From Hyphomonadaceae bacterium UBA1001 (lineage in GTDB: Bacteria > Pseudomonadota > Alphaproteobacteria > Caulobacterales > Aquidulcibacteraceae), in assembly GCA_002291875.1 (NCBI GenBank), contig DBAV01000021.1:1-45593 (forward strand): a DNA stretch of 45,593 bases, given 5' to 3'. The translations under genes and the position numbers were made by a program. Of this stretch, positions 28,457 through 39,256 are shown piece by piece; within the stretch, counting starts at the first letter, position 1; every line of letters begins with the position of its first letter. The notes under the pieces are model-generated. The model saw only the letters and a list, made by a program, of their open reading frames with translations, was not told where the DNA came from and made no database searches.

Positions 28457-29808
28457 GCGAAACTCGGATTTCGGGCGACACCATCGCCGCACTGGCCAGC
28501 GGCGCTGGCCGGGCAGGCGTGGCGGTGATCCGCGTGTCCGGGCCGGACGCCGCCGGCACAATCGCGCACCTTTCAGGCAGAGGCCCTCCGCCCGCCCGCC
28601 GCGCCGTGCTGCGCCGCCTTGCGGGCGCGGATGGCGACACCCTGGACCACGTGCTGGTCCTGTGGATGCCCGGCCCGGACAGCTTTACCGGAGAGGACGT
28701 GGCCGAGTTCCACGTTCACGGCGGTCCGGCCATCATTGCCGCAGTCCTTCGGCGGCTGTGTGACCATCAGGGCGTGCGCCCGGCGGGTCCGGGCGAGTTC
28801 ACGCGGCGGGCCTTTGATGCCGGCCGGCTCGATCTGGCCGAGGTCGAGGGGCTCGCGGACCTCATCGACGCGGAAACCGAGGTCCAGCGGCGGCAAGCCA
28901 TGCGCCAGTTCGAGGGGGCCCTGGGGGTCCTTGTGGCGGGATGGCGCGACCGGCTGATCGAAATCTCGGCGCTGATCGAGGCCGAGATCGACTTTCCCGA
29001 CGAAGATTTGCCCGATCGCCTGGCCTTGACCGCCGGCGATGCACTGGCCGCCCTGCGCGGCGAGCTGAGGTCCGTGATTGCCGAGGCCGACCGCGGGGCG
29101 CGGGTGCGCGAGGGTGTGCGTGTCGTCATCCTCGGCGCGCCCAATGCAGGCAAGAGCACCCTCTTGAATGCGCTGGCGGGACGCGAGGCGGCCATCGTCT
29201 CACCGATCGCCGGCACCACGCGTGACGTGCTCGAGATCAGGCTGGTGCTTGCCGGACTTCCGGTCTGGGTGGCCGACACCGCTGGTCTGCGCGCCAGCGA
29301 TGACCTGATCGAGCAGGAGGGGGTTCGCCGGGCGCTCGAACGGGCCGACGAGGCTGATCTTCGGGTCCTGGTCGTCGATGCGTCGGGCGATCACTTGCCC
29401 GCTCATGGTCTGGAGCGGATGCGCGGCGGCGACATCCTCGTGCTGAACAAGGCCGATCTGCCAGCCGGGCAGGCGCGCGACCAGGCGCTGGCCCGCGCCA
29501 ATGCGCAGGATTGGGTATGGATCGAATCCGCGCCCGATATCGGCCGCGACGCACTGGCAGAAGCGATCGCAAGGGCCGTCAGCCTGGTGGCGCCTGGTCC
29601 GGCCCTCGTAACCCGCCAGCGCCAGCGCGACGCCCTTGTGCGCGCCGCCGAGGCGCTGGACCGCGCGGCATCCGGACTGACCGGGCCGCCCGAACTTGCC
29701 GCCGAGGACATCCGTCTGGCCATTCGCGCCCTCGAGCAGATCACCGGCAAGGTTGGCGTCGAGGACATCCTGGGGCGCATTTTTTCGACCTTCTGCATCG
29801 GCAAGTGA
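28453..29808 (+). CDS. mnmE: tRNA uridine-5-carboxymethylaminomethyl(34) synthesis GTPase MnmE
   Basis: DTIAALAS, FTGEDVAEFHVHGG, G1 GAPNAGKSTLLNAL, G3 DTAGLR, G4 NKADL, C-terminal FCIGK. Confidence 0.9.
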   Translation: MSETRISGDTIAALASGAGRAGVAVIRVSGPDAAGTIAHLSGRGPPPARRAVLRRLAGADGDTLDHVLVLWMPGPDSFTGEDVAEFHVHGGPAIIAAVLRRLCDHQGVRPAGPGEFTRRAFDAGRLDLAEVEGLADLIDAETEVQRRQAMRQFEGALGVLVAGWRDRLIEISALIEAEIDFPDEDLPDRLALTAGDALAALRGELRSVIAEADRGARVREGVRVVILGAPNAGKSTLLNALAGREAAIVSPIAGTTRDVLEIRLVLAGLPVWVADTAGLRASDDLIEQEGVRRALERADEADLRVLVVDASGDHLPAHGLERMRGGDILVLNKADLPAGQARDQALARANAQDWVWIESAPDIGRDALAEAIARAVSLVAPGPALVTRQRQRDALVRAAEALDRAASGLTGPPELAAEDIRLAIRALEQITGKVGVEDILGRIFSTFCIGK

Positions 29809-29827
29809 GCGCCTCGTCAGGGTGCAA

Positions 29828-29843
29828 TGTTTCACGTGAAACA
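29828..29843. promoter_or_regulatory. parS centromere site 1 (TGTTTCACGTGAAACA), mnmE-mnmG intergenic
   Basis: Perfect 16-bp match to the consensus parS palindrome. It extends to the 18-bp palindrome ATGTTTCACGTGAAACAT. Confidence 0.85.
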
Positions 29844-29939
29844 TTCGGTGCCCCCAGGCGGTGAACAATAACGGCGGGGAGGTCCGTCTTCGGGTTCGGG
29901 TGGCGTGACTTGATGGCCGGGTTGAGCTATGCGCGCGCC

Positions 29940-31832
29940 ATGCAGAACATCGTTTCCCCGCAGGCCGCCGAGGCCACGTCGTGGGACGTCATCGTCATCG
30001 GCGGCGGACATGCCGGCTGCGAGGCGGCCGCTGCTGCCGCACGGGTGGGTGCGCGCACGCTGCTGGTGACCCATCGCGCGGCGACCATTGGCGAGATGTC
30101 GTGCAACCCGGCGATCGGAGGGCTGGGCAAAGGCCATCTGGTCTGCGAGATCGACGCCCTCGATGGCGTGATGGGCCGGGTGGCAGACGCATCAGGCATA
30201 CAGTTCCGGATGCTGAACCGGTCCAAGGGGCCGGCGGTGCGCGGCCCGCGGACCCAGAGCGACCGCGCCTTGTACCGGGCCGCGATGCAGGCCGCTCTGG
30301 CCGAGACGGCCAACCTCGCCATTCTCGAAGCGGCGGTGGATGACATCGTCCAGCAGGACGGGCGGGTTTCCGGCGTGGTGACCGAGGGCGGTATCGTCCT
30401 GCGTGCCGCGGGGATCGTGCTGACCACCGGCACCTTCCTCAAGGGGCTCATTCATATCGGCGAGAGGCGGATCGCTGCCGGCCGGGCCGGCGAAGCACCC
30501 TCGGTTCGCCTGGCAGAGCGCCTCTATGCGCTCGGCCTCTCCATGGGCCGGCTGAAAACAGGCACGCCCGCGCGGCTGGATGGCTGGACCATCGGCTGGG
30601 AGCGGCTGGAAATGCAGGCGGCCGATGCCGACCCGGTTCCGTTCTCGTTCCTGACCGAGCGGATCACCATCCCCCAGATTGCGTGCGGGATCACCTGGAC
30701 CACGGCCGAAACGCATCGGATCATCCGCGAGAATATCTCTCAGTCCGCGGTGTATTCGGGCGCCATCGCGGGGCGGGGGCCGCGCTATTGTCCGTCCATC
30801 GAGGACAAGGTCGTGCGCTTTGCCGACAAGGAACAGCACCAGATCTTTCTCGAGCCCGAAGGCCTGGACGACCCGACCGTCTATCCCAACGGTATCTCGA
30901 CCTCGCTGCCCGAAGCCGTCCAGGAGGCGTTCCTGCGCACGATCCCAGGCCTCGAGACGGCTCGTGTGCTCCGGCACGCCTATGCAATCGAATATGATTA
31001 TGTCGATCCGCGCGAACTGCTGCCGACCCTCGAGGCCAAGCGCCTGCCCGGGCTGTGGCTTGCCGGGCAGATCAACGGGACGACCGGCTATGAAGAGGCG
31101 GCGGCGCAAGGTCTGATGGCGGGCCTGAATGCCGCGCGATCGGCGGCCGGAATGGACGGCGTGGTGTTCGACCGCGCCGAGGGCTATCTGGGTGTTCTGG
31201 TGGACGACCTGGTGACCCGTGGCGTCACCGAGCCCTATCGCATGTTCACGTCGCGCGCCGAGTATCGTCTTTCGCTGCGCGCGGACAACGCCGACCAGCG
31301 CCTGACCGATCGTGGGATCGCGCTGGGCATGGTGGGTGCCCGACGAGCGGCGCACCACCGCGACCGCATGGCGCGTCTGTCGGCCGCCCGTGAGCGCGCG
31401 CGGGCGTTGAGCCTGACACCCGCCGAAGCCGCGCGTGCTGGCCTGCCGGTCAAGCAGGATGGCCTGCGCCGTGATCTGCTCCAGCTGCTGGCCTATCCCG
31501 ATATCGACTTCCCGCGCCTGGCTGCCGTCTGGCCGGAACTCGAGGGTTGGGCCCCGGACGTGCGCGAGCAGGTGGCCATCGATGCCCTGTACGCGGGCTA
31601 TCTGGATCGTCAGGCCGCAGACGTGGTGGCGTTCCGCCGTGACGAGGACCTCGAACTGCCCGCCGACCTGGATTACGCGACAGTTGGCGGCCTCTCGTCA
31701 GAGGTGCGCGCCAAACTGGGCGCAGCGCGCCCTGTCACCCTCGGCCAGGCGGGTCGCATCGAGGGCGTCACGCCGGGCGCACTGACGGCCCTGCTGGCCC
31801 ATGTCAAAAAACGCGCCAAGGCCGTGGCATGA
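29940..31832 (+). CDS. mnmG: tRNA uridine 5-carboxymethylaminomethyl modification enzyme MnmG (GidA)
   Basis: [18 protein letters not shown] motif and a long conserved body ([39 protein letters not shown]). The start is ambiguous (29913 or 29940). Confidence 0.9.
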   Translation: MQNIVSPQAAEATSWDVIVIGGGHAGCEAAAAAARVGARTLLVTHRAATIGEMSCNPAIGGLGKGHLVCEIDALDGVMGRVADASGIQFRMLNRSKGPAVRGPRTQSDRALYRAAMQAALAETANLAILEAAVDDIVQQDGRVSGVVTEGGIVLRAAGIVLTTGTFLKGLIHIGERRIAAGRAGEAPSVRLAERLYALGLSMGRLKTGTPARLDGWTIGWERLEMQAADADPVPFSFLTERITIPQIACGITWTTAETHRIIRENISQSAVYSGAIAGRGPRYCPSIEDKVVRFADKEQHQIFLEPEGLDDPTVYPNGISTSLPEAVQEAFLRTIPGLETARVLRHAYAIEYDYVDPRELLPTLEAKRLPGLWLAGQINGTTGYEEAAAQGLMAGLNAARSAAGMDGVVFDRAEGYLGVLVDDLVTRGVTEPYRMFTSRAEYRLSLRADNADQRLTDRGIALGMVGARRAAHHRDRMARLSAARERARALSLTPAEAARAGLPVKQDGLRRDLLQLLAYPDIDFPRLAAVWPELEGWAPDVREQVAIDALYAGYLDRQAADVVAFRRDEDLELPADLDYATVGGLSSEVRAKLGAARPVTLGQAGRIEGVTPGALTALLAHVKKRAKAVA

Positions 31833-32524
31833 GGCGCGGTGGGCGCGCCCGTCCGGCGCTGCCGCGCCCCACGCTTCAGGGCGACCGCGGTGATCCGTCC
31901 GTCCTCGCCTCGGCTGGGCTGAATGTTTCACGTGAAACATTCGAGCGGCTGATGGCCTATCGCGCCCTGCTCGAGGAGTGGTCGCGCGCCATCGACCTGG
32001 TTGGCCCGCGAGAGCTCTCGGTGTTCTGGAGCCGACATGTCCTCGACTCACTTCAGCTTTTGACCATCGCGCCCGAGGCGCGGACCTGGCTCGATCTGGG
32101 ATCGGGCGCGGGGTTGCCCGGCCTGGTGCTGGCATGTGCGCTTGCAGAGACAGACGGCGCACGGATTACGACTGTCGACACCAACCCCAAGCGATGCGCT
32201 TTCCAGCGGACCGTGGTGCGCACGCTTGACCTCCCTGTGGACGTGATCCACGGCGACATAAGGACCGTTTCGGACCCGGGCGCGAAAGTGGTCACCGCGC
32301 GTGCGCTCGCGCCCTTGCCGATCCTGCTCGAACTGGCGTATCGATTCACCGTGAACGGCGCGCGGGGGCTGTTCCCGAAGGGTCGGGAGGCCGCCGCCGA
32401 GATCGACGCTGCACGGGCTGGGGGCTGGATGTTTCACGTGAAACATCACGCCAGTCTCTCTGACCCTCAGGCATCGATTCTCGAGTTCGAGGGGCTGGGC
32501 CATGGAATTCTCGGATCTGACTGA
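31829..32524 (+). CDS. rsmG: 16S rRNA (guanine527-N7)-methyltransferase RsmG (GidB)
   Basis: [10 protein letters not shown]-terminal motif, SAM motif [28 protein letters not shown] overlap with mnmG; the true start may be further downstream. Confidence 0.85.
   Translation: MRRGGRARPALPRPTLQGDRGDPSVLASAGLNVSRETFERLMAYRALLEEWSRAIDLVGPRELSVFWSRHVLDSLQLLTIAPEARTWLDLGSGAGLPGLVLACALAETDGARITTVDTNPKRCAFQRTVVRTLDLPVDVIHGDIRTVSDPGAKVVTARALAPLPILLELAYRFTVNGARGLFPKGREAAAEIDAARAGGWMFHVKHHASLSDPQASILEFEGLGHGILGSD
31924..31939. promoter_or_regulatory. parS centromere site 2, inside the 5' part of rsmG
   Basis: Perfect TGTTTCACGTGAAACA, translated in the rsmG frame as N-V-S-R-E-T-F. Confidence 0.85.
32430..32445. 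promoter_or_regulatory. parS centromere site 3, inside the 3' part of rsmG
   Basis: Perfect TGTTTCACGTGAAACA, translated in the rsmG frame as M-F-H-V-K-H. Confidence 0.85.
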
Positions 32525-32534
32525 TCGCGCGCGT

Positions 32535-33365
32535 ATGCACCGCGTCAATCGCGAGCGAATCATCGCCATCGCCAACCAGAAGGGCGGGGTCGGCAAGACT
32601 ACCACGGCCATCAATCTGGGCACGGCGCTGGCTGCGGTCGGCGAGCGCGTGCTTGTGTTCGACCTGGATCCCCAGGGCAATGCGTCGACAGGTCTGGGCG
32701 TGCCACCCGCCGAGCGACGGCACACCACCTATGACGTGCTGATGCGCGGCACCCCGATCGAAGAAGCGACCGTATCGGCCAACATTGCCGACATCGCGCT
32801 CGACCTGATTCCGGGCGATGTCGAGCTATCGGCGGTCGAGCTGGAATTGGCGTCGGCACAGACCCCGCGGCGCAATTTCCGGCTGCGGGACGCCACCGCC
32901 CAACATCGCGAACGTCGCGCGCTGAAGGGCGAGGATGGTTATGACTATGTGCTGATCGACTGTCCGCCGTCGCTCAGTACGCTGACCCTGAATGCGCTGA
33001 CCGCGGCGGACAGCGTGCTGATCCCCCTCCAGTGCGAGTTCTTCGCGCTCGAGGGCCTGACCCAGCTGATGCACACGATCGAGGCGGTGCGGGCTTCGCT
33101 CAACACGACGCTCGAGATCCAGGGCATCGTGCTGACCATGTTCGATGCCCGGAACAACCTGTCCGAGCAGGTCGAGAACGATGTTCGCGGACATTTTGGT
33201 GCCAAGGTGTTCAACACCATGATCCCGCGCAATGTGCGCCTGTCCGAGGCCCCGTCGCACGGCAAGCCGGCGCTGATCTATGACCATCGGTGCCCGGGCA
33301 GCCTGGCCTATGCGCGTCTGGCCAGCGAAATGCTGCAACGTGCCCGCCAGCAGATGGCGGCCTGA
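32535..33365 (+). CDS. parA: chromosome partitioning ATPase ParA
   Basis: IIAIANQKGGVGKTTTAINL deviant Walker A and DCPPSL. The start is ATG 32535 or 32502; the latter overlaps rsmG by 23 nt. Confidence 0.9.
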   Translation: MHRVNRERIIAIANQKGGVGKTTTAINLGTALAAVGERVLVFDLDPQGNASTGLGVPPAERRHTTYDVLMRGTPIEEATVSANIADIALDLIPGDVELSAVELELASAQTPRRNFRLRDATAQHRERRALKGEDGYDYVLIDCPPSLSTLTLNALTAADSVLIPLQCEFFALEGLTQLMHTIEAVRASLNTTLEIQGIVLTMFDARNNLSEQVENDVRGHFGAKVFNTMIPRNVRLSEAPSHGKPALIYDHRCPGSLAYARLASEMLQRARQQMAA

Positions 33366-33366
33366 C

Positions 33367-34326
33367 ATGACGGCCGCCGATTCGGGTCTGCCAGCAGCGC
33401 CTCCACCCAATGCGCCGGCCGCAAAGCCCAAGGGGCTGGGCCGCGGTCTGGACGCGCTGTTCAGTGACTATGCGACCGCGCCGGTGGGGCCGCCCGCCGA
33501 CACCCCTGCGATTCCGCAACGCGAGATTGCCATCGAGCTGATCGACCGCCAGATCGGCCAGCCGCGACGCACCTTTTCCAGTGACGAGCTGGCACAGCTT
33601 GCGGCGTCGATCAGCGAGAAGGGCGTGCTCCAACCGATCCTGGTGCGACCCCATCCGCGCCAGTCCGGCCGATACGAAATCGTTGCGGGCGAGCGGCGCT
33701 GGCGCGCTTCGCAGATGGCGGGCCTGTCCACCATTCCCGCCGTTGTGCGGGACCTGGACGACGCCACCACGCTCGAAGCGGCGATCATCGAAAATGTCCA
33801 ACGGGTCGATCTGAATCCGATCGAGGAAGCGCTGTCCTACCGCGACCTGCAGGAGCGGTTCGGCCGCACCCAGGCCGAAGTGGCAGACCTCGTCGGCAAG
33901 AGCCGTCCGCACGTGGCCAATCTGCTGCGCCTGCTGGCCCTGCCCCAACCCGTTCAGGACCTGGTGCGCAGCGGCGTGCTTTCATCCGGTCATGGGCGCG
34001 CGCTGCTGGCGGCACCCGACCCCGCCGCCCTGGCGGATCGGATCGTCGCCGAACAGCTTTCGGTTCGTGACACCGAGCGACTGGCGTCGAAGATGTCGGA
34101 CCAGGCGGTCACCGAGGGCGTCAAGGATCTGAGCAAGTCTCAGAAATCCGCTGCCGAGCCCGACGCGGACAGCCTGGCCCTGGCCGCAGACCTTTCGGCG
34201 GCCCTGAGCATGGACGTCGAGGTTCGCCATCGCGGCGAGAAGGGTGGCGAGTTGCGCATCTCGTATCGCACGCTGGCCCAGCTTGACCGCATCAGCCGCC
34301 TGTTGTCGGCGGGCCATGAGGGCTGA
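33367..34326 (+). CDS. parB: chromosome partitioning protein ParB
   Basis: GLGRGLDALF, PILVRP, IVAGERRWRA, HTH region (TQAEVADLVGKSRPHVANLLRLL). ATG lies 1 nt after the parA stop. Confidence 0.9.
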   Translation: MTAADSGLPAAPPPNAPAAKPKGLGRGLDALFSDYATAPVGPPADTPAIPQREIAIELIDRQIGQPRRTFSSDELAQLAASISEKGVLQPILVRPHPRQSGRYEIVAGERRWRASQMAGLSTIPAVVRDLDDATTLEAAIIENVQRVDLNPIEEALSYRDLQERFGRTQAEVADLVGKSRPHVANLLRLLALPQPVQDLVRSGVLSSGHGRALLAAPDPAALADRIVAEQLSVRDTERLASKMSDQAVTEGVKDLSKSQKSAAEPDADSLALAADLSAALSMDVEVRHRGEKGGELRISYRTLAQLDRISRLLSAGHEG

Positions 34327-34329
34327 TCC

Positions 34330-35358
34330 TCAGCGTGGCGCCGTTCCGACGCGCAGCGGCAGTCGGGCGGTTTCCAGAAGGGCACGCTGAACCAGAAGGT
34401 CCTGCGGCATCTGCGCCTGTTTGCACGCCTGTTCGGCGCGCCACAGCCGCTCGGCCGCCGCCACCAGGGCCGTCTCGTCCCACCGCCTGACGTCACGCTC
34501 GAACGCCGCCCGCACCTTGAAGAAGACCGGCGGCTTGAGTGCTCCCACCGCATCGCCCAACCCGCGACCCTCGCCCATCAGGCGCCGAACCTCGGCCAGG
34601 CGGTTGAACCGACGCATCACCGCCCGCAGCACCGTGATCGCGCCTTCGGCCGCGCAAACCGCGCCCGCCCGATCCGCCAGCCAGCCAATGTCGCCGCGGG
34701 TCACCGCCTCGGTGATCCCGTCCAGCGCGTCCGACCGCTGGGCCCCCACCACAGCGGCTACGTCGTCCTCGGTCACGCACGGGCCGTTCGCGTGCATGTA
34801 GAGCGCCAGCTTGGCAATCTCGGCCCGGATCACGCCGCGGTCGGCGGGCAGTTCGGACAGCAGGCGTTCGACGGCCTGCGGGTCCAGGGTCAGGCCCTCT
34901 GAACCGGCCGCCGCGACCGCCATGGCGGCCAGCGCTTCCTCGCTTTCCTCGACCAGCTGGACGGCAACGGCGCGCGCGGCACCCTCGAAGGCCAGACGCG
35001 TCTTGGACGCTTTGCCCAGCTCGCCGGCCTCGACCACCATCCGGTTCAGGGATGCGCCCTTGTCGAGGTCCTCGAGCACGCTGCGCACAACCGGCGACTC
35101 GCCGCCGATCACGACGCGCACCACCGTCTCGCCGCCGAACAGCGCGCGCGCACCCAGGGCGTCAGACAGGCGCGCCGGGTCGCTGCGCAGGTCCTCATCG
35201 GTCAGGCGCACGATCTCGGTATCAGGCGCCGACCAGTGGCCGATCACGCGCCGTGCGGCGTCCGCAACGGCGCTGGCGTCAGGACCGAACACCAGCACGG
35301 CGGATTCGGACGGGCGGCGCGCCAGCCAGCCTTCGGCCTGGTGGGCCGCGATCTTCAT
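34330..35358 (-). CDS. holA: DNA polymerase III delta subunit
   Basis: 342 aa, helical. Called mainly from the conserved leuS-lptE-holA order and length; no sharp motif is visible by eye. Confidence 0.7.
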   Translation of the reverse strand: MKIAAHQAEGWLARRPSESAVLVFGPDASAVADAARRVIGHWSAPDTEIVRLTDEDLRSDPARLSDALGARALFGGETVVRVVIGGESPVVRSVLEDLDKGASLNRMVVEAGELGKASKTRLAFEGAARAVAVQLVEESEEALAAMAVAAAGSEGLTLDPQAVERLLSELPADRGVIRAEIAKLALYMHANGPCVTEDDVAAVVGAQRSDALDGITEAVTRGDIGWLADRAGAVCAAEGAITVLRAVMRRFNRLAEVRRLMGEGRGLGDAVGALKPPVFFKVRAAFERDVRRWDETALVAAAERLWRAEQACKQAQMPQDLLVQRALLETARLPLRVGTAPR

Positions 35359-35365
35359 TCGACGG

Positions 35366-35899
35366 TCAGGCGGGCGGCGGCGCCGCGCGTTCGGCCTCGA
35401 GCCGGCGCAGGCGCAGCAGCAGATCCACCCTCAGACGCTCGGCCAGAACCGAGGCGGCGCGCTGCTGCGCGTCCATCTGGGCGGCGATGTCGGCATAGGG
35501 CTGGCCGGGAATGTCATAGCTGACAACCACGTCGATATTGCCGCTGACGACGGGCTCTCCATCGGTCGCGATCAGACGGTAATTGGCCCGCACCTGCAGG
35601 TCCGAGCGGGTGGCAGAGGCATCGGTCCGCAGGCCGATGTCGCCGGCCACCTCGGAGACCGAGATTTCCAGACGGCGGGGTTCCCCCGCGGCGCGGCGAT
35701 CCACAGCGAACAGCCGGTCCAGTTCGTCCTTGACGAAATGCCCGAGCCGACCGTCGATCTGCTCGATCTCGACCGGGCCGATGATGCTGGCGCGCGGCGT
35801 TCCCGCCGGCCCGGTGCCATACACTGGCTGGAACCCGCACGCCGCCAGCGGCAGCAACGCGGTCAGGGCAGCAGCGAGCAGGGCGGCTCTCATGGTCAC
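35366..35899 (-). CDS. lptE: LPS assembly lipoprotein LptE
   Basis: Lipobox LPLAAC followed by GFQPVYG, about 175 aa, immediately downstream of leuS (GTGA overlap; an alternative ATG lies at 35893). Confidence 0.75.
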   Translation of the reverse strand: MTMRAALLAAALTALLPLAACGFQPVYGTGPAGTPRASIIGPVEIEQIDGRLGHFVKDELDRLFAVDRRAAGEPRRLEISVSEVAGDIGLRTDASATRSDLQVRANYRLIATDGEPVVSGNIDVVVSYDIPGQPYADIAAQMDAQQRAASVLAERLRVDLLLRLRRLEAERAAPPPA

Positions 35900-38499
35900 A
35901 TCACGATATTGACGATGCGGTCGGGCACCACGATCACCTTACGCGGGGTCTGTCCGTTCAGCCAAGGCTGGACGTCGCCGGCCTGCAGCGCAGCCGCAAT
36001 CACCGCGTCTTCGGGCGCGCCGCGTTCGATGGTGATCTCCGCGCGCTTCTTGCCACCCACCTGCACCGGCAGGGTCACGGTGTCATCGGTGGCCAGCGAC
36101 GGATCGAATTCGGGCCACGGCATGGCCGCCAGCAGGCCAGGCTGTCCAAGTCGTTCCCACGCCGCATCGGCCAGGTGCGGTGCAAAGGGCGCAAGTACCC
36201 GAAGCAACAGTTCCAGCGCCTCGCCGCGGGCCCATGTCAGGGCATCGTCGTTCGGGCCGTCACGGCGGATCTCGTTGACCAGCGCGTAGAGGTTGGCGAT
36301 CGCCTTGTTGAAGCGGAACCCGTCAATGTCGGCCGTGGCCGCGCGCACGGTCCGGTGGGCGAAGCGCCTGAGTTCCAGCGCGCGGCCCTCGCCGACACCA
36401 TCAGGCGCGGCATCGCCTTTCAGCGGGCTGGGCCCGGCGTGGTCGGCAACCAGGCTCCAGACACGCTGGACGAACCGCGCCGCGCCATCGACGCCATTGG
36501 GCGTCCATTCGACATTGCGGTCGGGCGGGCTGTCGGACAGCACGAAGATGCGCGCCACATCCGCGCCATAGGCATTCACGAAGTGATCCAGGTCGACGAC
36601 GTTGCGCAGGGACTTCGACATCTTGACCGGCGGGCCGACCACGACCGGCTGGTCCGTGCCGCGTCGCCACATCGTTCCGCCGCGCTCCTCGACCTCCTGG
36701 GGGAACAACCAGGTTCCATCGGGCGCACGGAAGGTCTCGTGAGTGACCATGCCCTGGGTGAACAGACCCTCGAACGGCTCGCCCGAGGGCAGGTCGATCA
36801 GCCCGCAATGGTGCATCGCGCGTGTCACAAACCGCGCATAGAGCAAGTGCAGGATCGCGTGCTCGATACCGCCCACATACTGGTCCACCGGCAACCAGCG
36901 GGCAGCAGCGACCGGGTCGACCGGCCCGCCCTCGAAATCCGGATTGGTAAAGCGCGCGAAATACCATGCGCTGTCCACGAAGGTGTCCAGCGTGTCGGTC
37001 TCGCGCACGGCGGGAGCGCCGCATTTCGGACAGGCGACGTGCTTCCAGGTCGGGTGCTGGTCCAGCGGATTGCCCGGCTGGTCAAAGCTCACATCGGTTG
37101 GCAGCAGCACTGGCAGCTGGTCGCGCGGCACCGGCACGGCGCCACAGGTGCCGCAATGCACCACCGGGATCGGACAACCCCAGTAACGCTGGCGCGAAAC
37201 ACCCCAGTCGCGCAGGCGATAGATGATCGTCCCCTGGCCCGCGCCCAGGGTTTCGAGGCGCGCGATCGCTGCCTGTCGCGCGGACGCGGGATCCATCCCG
37301 TCAAGGAAATCAGAGTTGAACAGCGTCCCGTCGCCGGTATGGGCCTCGTCGCCGATGACCAGGCTGGCCGGGTCCGCGCCCGGGGGCAGCACGACCGGCA
37401 GCACTTCGAGGTCATAGCGACGCGCGAAATCCAGGTCGCGCTGGTCATGGGCCGGGCAGCCGAAAATCGCGCCGGTGCCATAGCCCATCAGCACGAAGTT
37501 GACCGCATAAACCGGCAAAGTGCGTCCCGCGACGAAGGGGTGCATGACCCGCAGCCCGGTGTCGACGCCCAGCTTTTCCGCGCGTTCGATCGCCTCCTGC
37601 GAGGTGCCCAGCTGGTCGACGCGGCGCTTGAGCTCGTCGAGGTCCGCCCGTGGCCGCAAGGCCTGGATCAGCGGATGGTCGACCGAACACGCCACGAAGC
37701 TGGCGCCGAACAGGGTATCCGGGCGGGTGGTATAGACCTCGATGCCCTCAATGCCGGCCGGAGCCGGCGTGGACGGATCAAGGGCAAAGGTCAGGCGCGC
37801 CCCGCGCGATCGGCCGATCCAGTTCGCCTGCATGGTGCGGACCCGCTCGGGCCACCGCTCCAGTGTCCGCAATCCGTCCTGGAGCTCGTCCGCAAAGGCG
37901 GTGATGCGCAGAAACCACTGGCGAAGCTCGCGCGTCTCGACGAGCGCGCCCGAGCGCCAGCCGCGACCGTCGACCACCTGCTCATTGGCCAGGACCGTGT
38001 TGTCCACCGGGTCCCAGTTGACCTTGGACGTCCCCTGATAGGCCAGGCCGTGCTCGAGGAAATGCAGGAAGATGTCCTGTTGCCAGCGATAATAGGACGC
38101 GTCGCAGGTGGCGAACTCGCGGTCCCAGTCGATCGCAATCCCCAGCAGCTGAAGCTGTTGCTTCATCTGGGTGATGTTTTCGCGTGTCCAGGTATCCGGA
38201 TGGCCCCCACGCTCGCGCGCGGCGTTTTCCGCGGGCAGGCCAAAGGCATCCCACCCCATCGGATGCAGCACGTCATAGCCCGACGCCCGTCGAAAGCGCG
38301 CGATGACATCGCCCATGGTGTAGTTGCGCGAGTGACCGACATGGATGCGCCCCGACGGGTAGGGGAACATCTCGAGCACATAGTATTTGGGCCGGGCGTC
38401 GCCTCGGTTCAGGTCGGGCGTCGCGTCGATGCGCGCCGCCGCCCACCGCGCGCGCACACGCGGCTCCGCCTCGCGGTGATCGTAACGCTCCCCCGACAT
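35896..38499 (-). CDS. leuS: leucine--tRNA ligase
   Basis: 867 aa, HIGH motif [14 protein letters not shown] motif VKMSKS, class I editing-domain layout. Confidence 0.95.
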   Translation of the reverse strand: MSGERYDHREAEPRVRARWAAARIDATPDLNRGDARPKYYVLEMFPYPSGRIHVGHSRNYTMGDVIARFRRASGYDVLHPMGWDAFGLPAENAARERGGHPDTWTRENITQMKQQLQLLGIAIDWDREFATCDASYYRWQQDIFLHFLEHGLAYQGTSKVNWDPVDNTVLANEQVVDGRGWRSGALVETRELRQWFLRITAFADELQDGLRTLERWPERVRTMQANWIGRSRGARLTFALDPSTPAPAGIEGIEVYTTRPDTLFGASFVACSVDHPLIQALRPRADLDELKRRVDQLGTSQEAIERAEKLGVDTGLRVMHPFVAGRTLPVYAVNFVLMGYGTGAIFGCPAHDQRDLDFARRYDLEVLPVVLPPGADPASLVIGDEAHTGDGTLFNSDFLDGMDPASARQAAIARLETLGAGQGTIIYRLRDWGVSRQRYWGCPIPVVHCGTCGAVPVPRDQLPVLLPTDVSFDQPGNPLDQHPTWKHVACPKCGAPAVRETDTLDTFVDSAWYFARFTNPDFEGGPVDPVAAARWLPVDQYVGGIEHAILHLLYARFVTRAMHHCGLIDLPSGEPFEGLFTQGMVTHETFRAPDGTWLFPQEVEERGGTMWRRGTDQPVVVGPPVKMSKSLRNVVDLDHFVNAYGADVARIFVLSDSPPDRNVEWTPNGVDGAARFVQRVWSLVADHAGPSPLKGDAAPDGVGEGRALELRRFAHRTVRAATADIDGFRFNKAIANLYALVNEIRRDGPNDDALTWARGEALELLLRVLAPFAPHLADAAWERLGQPGLLAAMPWPEFDPSLATDDTVTLPVQVGGKKRAEITIERGAPEDAVIAAALQAGDVQPWLNGQTPRKVIVVPDRIVNIVM

Positions 38500-38509
38500 G
38501 GCGTTGCGA

Positions 38510-39037
38510 TCAGTTGGGCAGGGTGGCCAGGCGCAATTCGCGCGCCCGCGACAGGATCGCGTTCTCGATCGCCAGCTCGGTGTCGGGGTTCACCTCAGCA
38601 TTCAGCCAGCCATTGGCCGAAAGGGTCTGCCGGTTGACCGAGACGGTCACGGCATCGGCGCGCAGGCGCGTGTCGACAATGAACACCGACACGCGGAAGC
38701 GCTCGTTGAACACCTGCGGGTCATTGTACCATTCGGTCGTGATGACGCCGCCGAAGGGGTCGGTGGTGTCCAGCGGCATGAAACCGATGGTGTCCAGCGA
38801 GGCGCGCCACAGCAGCGAATTGACGCCGATTCCATCCACGCGTTCGGTCGCGGCGTCGGCCGCCTCATCGCCGCCGATGAAGGGGATGCGGAAACCGCCA
38901 TCCTCGCGCGCGCCGGGCTGTTCCAGCTCGCGCGGGCCCGGTCCGGTGGGCGTGGACGCGCAGCCCGCAACGGCGAGCCCTGCCGCGAGCACCACGCCGG
39001 CGAGCAGGGGAAGGCGGGAAACGGGGCGGATGGTCAT
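38510..39037 (-). CDS. DUF3576-type lipoprotein
   Basis: Lipobox [37 protein letters not shown] matches my memory of the conserved lipoprotein found upstream of leuS in alphaproteobacteria. ATG 39037 chosen. Confidence 0.65.
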   Translation of the reverse strand: MTIRPVSRLPLLAGVVLAAGLAVAGCASTPTGPGPRELEQPGAREDGGFRIPFIGGDEAADAATERVDGIGVNSLLWRASLDTIGFMPLDTTDPFGGVITTEWYNDPQVFNERFRVSVFIVDTRLRADAVTVSVNRQTLSANGWLNAEVNPDTELAIENAILSRARELRLATLPN

Positions 39038-39256
39038 GAATGGCCTCGTGGACTGCGGTGGGCGTCTCTTAGCACCTCCGGTGGGTGCCGGAAGGGGGCT
39101 GACGCAATGATGCCCGATCGGACACCCGGCCAGTCCCTGCCGCGACTTTGCGGCGGGCCGGTGGCGACCCACGCCCGGAACGCCCGTCCAGGGGCGCCGT
39201 TGACGCCGTGCCATCGGGCGCGCCAAGGCGGTGTGCTGTCATTACCGGAGACGTGC

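Noticed and set aside
36175-38637. 820-aa ORF on the plus strand, antisense to leuS
   Set aside because: Shadow ORF opposite a gene with clear HIGH/KMSKS motifs. Its composition is low-complexity (Arg/Ala/Gly/Asp), and it would also overlap the DUF3576 gene.
38498-39256. N-terminal 253 codons of the 670-aa plus-strand ORF that ends as the porin-like gene
   Set aside because: This part is antisense to the DUF3576 lipoprotein gene and reads as Arg/Gly/Ala filler. The internal ATG 39257, with a GGAG RBS and hydrophobic leader, is a far better start.
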